This document shows positions 30,947-33,449 of a stretch of DNA of 33,449 nt, piece after piece (positions within the stretch are counted from its first letter, which is position 1; every line of letters begins with the position of its first letter). The stretch lies in assembly GCA_028864975.1 (NCBI GenBank), contig JAGWLG010000038.1, positions 1 through 33,449 of the forward strand. Direction: 5' to 3'. This stretch comes from Thermoplasmata archaeon. GTDB lineage: Archaea > Thermoplasmatota > Thermoplasmata > Lutacidiplasmatales > UBA184. The notes below the pieces were generated by a model. That model saw nothing but the letters and a program-made list of their open reading frames with translations. It did not search any database and was not told the origin of the DNA. A program made the position numbers and the translations under genes.

Positions 30947-32542
30947 ATGCCTCGCATCCGATACACGTCCGGAGGGAAGGAGGGGGAACTCCTCTCGCGG
31001 GCCAAGGCTTTGCGAAAGGACCCGATGGTCCTCCTGCCGCGCCTCAGCAAGGACTGCCCGACCGGCCCCTTCGACCGCATTCGCCGGGACCTAGAGGCGG
31101 TGCAGGAGGCGAAGCAGGACGCGGAGGAGCTCAAACACCTGAGCGGGAAGGGCGAGAGCTTGGCGCGGGCCTACGCCGGACTGCTCTACTACGCCGAGGA
31201 GCGCCCGAGCGTGGTCTCGCAAGTGGCGCGCCATCCGACCGGCGACATCCCCTTCCTGCCCCTCTCCAACGGGTCGAAGGAGGCGGAGATCGCCGTCCAG
31301 TACTACGACGACCCTCGGCGCCTCCTTCTGGGTTATGTCCACATGGCCCGAGGGGGGCTCTTCGGGGGCGGCGGGTTCCACTTTTACGCTCTCGAACGGG
31401 GTATCCTGTGCACCGGGAAGGAGGCCGACCCCCCGCCAGAGTTCGTACGGGCTTCGCTCGAGCACCTCCCCTACCGGCTCAGCCAGGTGTCGTCGAAAGA
31501 GGGCGGCACGGCCGCGCGAGGGGACGGGACCCAGGGCACGCTCGTCTGCCAGCACTTGGCTCGCGGAGAGGCCGAGCTCCACCTCATCGTTCGGTGGACC
31601 TCCGTTGCCCGGACCCTCAAGGTCTGCGAAAGGTGCGTGAAGCCCGATGCTCACCTCCTGGCTTCCCTCTCGGAGAGCATGGCCATCCCCCACCCCGAGG
31701 GGGAGTTCGAGGTCAGTGCTCGCCTGCCGATCGAGCACGTCCACGAAGGTCGCTGTCCGCTCGGGGACCTGCCAACGCTTCCCGGCGCGCTGGAGAAACG
31801 CTACCGCGCGGGTCGTCTGAGCGATGCCGAGCTGCTCCGGTCGTACAACGACGAGATCGAACGGAGCGAGGAGGGCGTGCGCTCCACGGTCCTGGTCGCG
31901 GGGGGCCGATGCTACGAGCGAGAGGTCGAGAACTTCCTCGGAGCCCTCGCGCCGACCACCGTGGAGCGCCGGGCGCTGGCGAAGGTCCTGCCGGACCTGG
32001 GTCGCCCCCTGATCTCTCCCGAGGCCCGGGCAGGGAAGGTCGTGGAGCTCCTCTGGAAAGACCACGCGCTCGATTTGCTCGAAGCGGCCGGAGCCTCGCC
32101 CGAGGAGGCCCGACGAAGGGAGGCGGAGGCTCGGAGCGCCCCGGGACGTGCGGCCGAGGTCTTGAACCGTTTCGCGCAGCAGCAGCGAGAGGAGGAAGCT
32201 GTCGCGAAGCTCCCCACCTACCGTGCTCTCGTCCCTGAGGCGGAGCTCGCGGACCGTCTCGCCCGCCTCTTGAGGACGGCCGGCGCGGCCGAGGTCGAGC
32301 GCAGGATCTCGCGCGAGTCCCCTCCCGAAGGCAAGGTGCGCGGGATGGCGTGGGCCTTCCTCCTCGCGCTGGGGAAGGAGACCTCCCAGGCCTGGCGCTT
32401 CTCGGACACGGAGAAGGAGTTCGGCCAGGCGCTCGCTCCCGCCGCGCGCCGGCTCTTGGATGCCCCGGCCTCCGGGTACCATGAGGCGCTCAACGCGCTG
32501 TTGCTCGAGGCCGGGATCCCCACCTGGGGCGAACAGACCTAG
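30947..32542 (+). CDS. soluble 531-aa hypothetical protein with candidate metal-binding Cys/His
   Basis: Long ORF with normal composition and an ATG start. Candidate ligands are LVCQH, VCERC, HVHEGRC and GRCY. No family recognised. Confidence 0.8.
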   Translation: MPRIRYTSGGKEGELLSRAKALRKDPMVLLPRLSKDCPTGPFDRIRRDLEAVQEAKQDAEELKHLSGKGESLARAYAGLLYYAEERPSVVSQVARHPTGDIPFLPLSNGSKEAEIAVQYYDDPRRLLLGYVHMARGGLFGGGGFHFYALERGILCTGKEADPPPEFVRASLEHLPYRLSQVSSKEGGTAARGDGTQGTLVCQHLARGEAELHLIVRWTSVARTLKVCERCVKPDAHLLASLSESMAIPHPEGEFEVSARLPIEHVHEGRCPLGDLPTLPGALEKRYRAGRLSDAELLRSYNDEIERSEEGVRSTVLVAGGRCYEREVENFLGALAPTTVERRALAKVLPDLGRPLISPEARAGKVVELLWKDHALDLLEAAGASPEEARRREAEARSAPGRAAEVLNRFAQQQREEEAVAKLPTYRALVPEAELADRLARLLRTAGAAEVERRISRESPPEGKVRGMAWAFLLALGKETSQAWRFSDTEKEFGQALAPAARRLLDAPASGYHEALNALLLEAGIPTWGEQT

Positions 32543-32548
32543 GCGGAC

Positions 32549-33337
32549 CTAGGACGTCGCCGCGTCGACACGGCGCCCGCGCAGCGCTTCCTCCTCGACG
32601 AAATGGAGCGACGGCGCCGGGACGATCAGGCAGTGGAGCGGCGGGCCGAAGTCCTTTCGTTCGAGCACGCGGCGGGGTCCGACGGTCACCGTCGCATCCG
32701 GCCCGCCGGCCCGTGCGACGACGACCACCTCGCGCTCGGGAGGGAGCACCCCTTCCTTCCGCTCGTCCTCGATTGCTCCCAGCACCTTGAGGGCCTCGTC
32801 CGCCCGCAGGTAGCTACCCGCCGTGGGGTTGAGATCGAGCAGGACCAGGGAGTGCGCTCCCGCGCGTCGGTTGGCGAGGATCGCCTCGTAGGGGGAGGTG
32901 GGCCGGTAGTCCGCGGTGGGACGGGGAAGGGAGACCGTCCGTCCGAACCGGTAGTGGCTGAGCCCCGCGAGGCTCGCCGCGGCCGTGAGGATGCTCGCGT
33001 TGTGGACCAGGCTCCAGCGGTGCCCGTGCCGCTCCACAGCGAGCCGGAGCGCCACGTGGGTGGTGGCCGCGAACGGCTCCCCGACCACCAGGAGCGCCAC
33101 GCGAGCATGGGCCTCGAGGGCCGAGAGGATGCGCGCTTCCCCCTCGACCTCCTCGCGAGATAGTTGCACGATCTTCTGGCCCAGGGTCGCGGAGAGACGT
33201 CCCATCGCCCCCTCGCCCCAGCGCGAGGTGTACTGTTCGGCGAGGACCTCGTCGCACGACCGGAGCTCCTCGAGCGCCCGTAGGGTGAGGTCGCGCTCGT
33301 CGTGCAGCCCCAGCCCGACGAAGACGAGCTCGCCCAC
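32549..33337 (-). CDS. dph5: diphthine synthase (Dph5/DphB)
   Basis: GTG 33337 gives MGELVFVGLGLHDERDLTLRALE. Also AEQYTS, LSREEVE, VGEPFAATTH, HNASILTAA..GL..YRFGRTVSL, HSLVLLD, VVVARAG and DFGPPLHCLIVP...LHFVEEE. Confidence 0.93.
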   Translation of the reverse strand: MGELVFVGLGLHDERDLTLRALEELRSCDEVLAEQYTSRWGEGAMGRLSATLGQKIVQLSREEVEGEARILSALEAHARVALLVVGEPFAATTHVALRLAVERHGHRWSLVHNASILTAAASLAGLSHYRFGRTVSLPRPTADYRPTSPYEAILANRRAGAHSLVLLDLNPTAGSYLRADEALKVLGAIEDERKEGVLPPEREVVVVARAGGPDATVTVGPRRVLERKDFGPPLHCLIVPAPSLHFVEEEALRGRRVDAATS

Positions 33338-33449
33338 GGGAGGTCCACCCTGGGAGGGACATGAAGCCGTCCCGGCTCGGGGCCTCCCCGCTCTCCCCCT
33401 TCGCGGCGGACCGAGGGCCGGGCCCTGGGAGTCCCCCATCCTGCTGAAG

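Noticed and set aside
33338-33439. 34-aa N-terminal extension of Dph5 from ATG 33439
   Set aside because: It is low-complexity. The family N-terminus (LxFVGLGL) begins right after GTG 33337.

Overview
This 33.4 kb window is GC-rich archaeal chromosome, most consistent with an uncultured Thermoplasmata-type lineage. That placement is an inference from the archaeal-type ThrRS, AsnRS2-type asparagine synthetase, Tes, Dph5 and a GuaAA carrying the Thermoplasma-like DNGGQWTHREWR motif. Housekeeping and metabolic genes are thrS, asparagine synthetase, tetraether lipid synthase (tes), an M61 aminopeptidase, a thiolase with a degenerate HMG-CoA-synthase-like/DUF35 partner, ubiX, guaAA and dph5. They are interleaved with many membrane-anchored surface proteins: GH135-PKD, an SGNH hydrolase, a ~1070-aa Ig-repeat/FN3 protein, a PKD receptor-like protein, a pilin-like protein and a tandem paralog pair. 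An accessory block at 6.7-12.2 kb holds an orphan beta-class amino-methyltransferase, a STAND-TPR protein with coherently degenerate nucleotide motifs, a tandem AbrB-like protein, a HAD hydrolase and a stand-alone SWIM finger. The most interesting signals are (i) a coupled GH135 + SGNH surface glycan-processing pair, (ii) the pseudo-ATPase STAND next to an AbrB-like protein, (iii) a thiolase/pseudo-HMGS-DUF35 operon sharing a promoter element with ubiX, and (iv) an AT-rich 30-bp-phased operator-like array between asparagine synthetase and the large surface protein. I found no rRNA, tRNA, CRISPR array, integrase or transposase. All family assignments come from motif recognition by eye; no searches were run.
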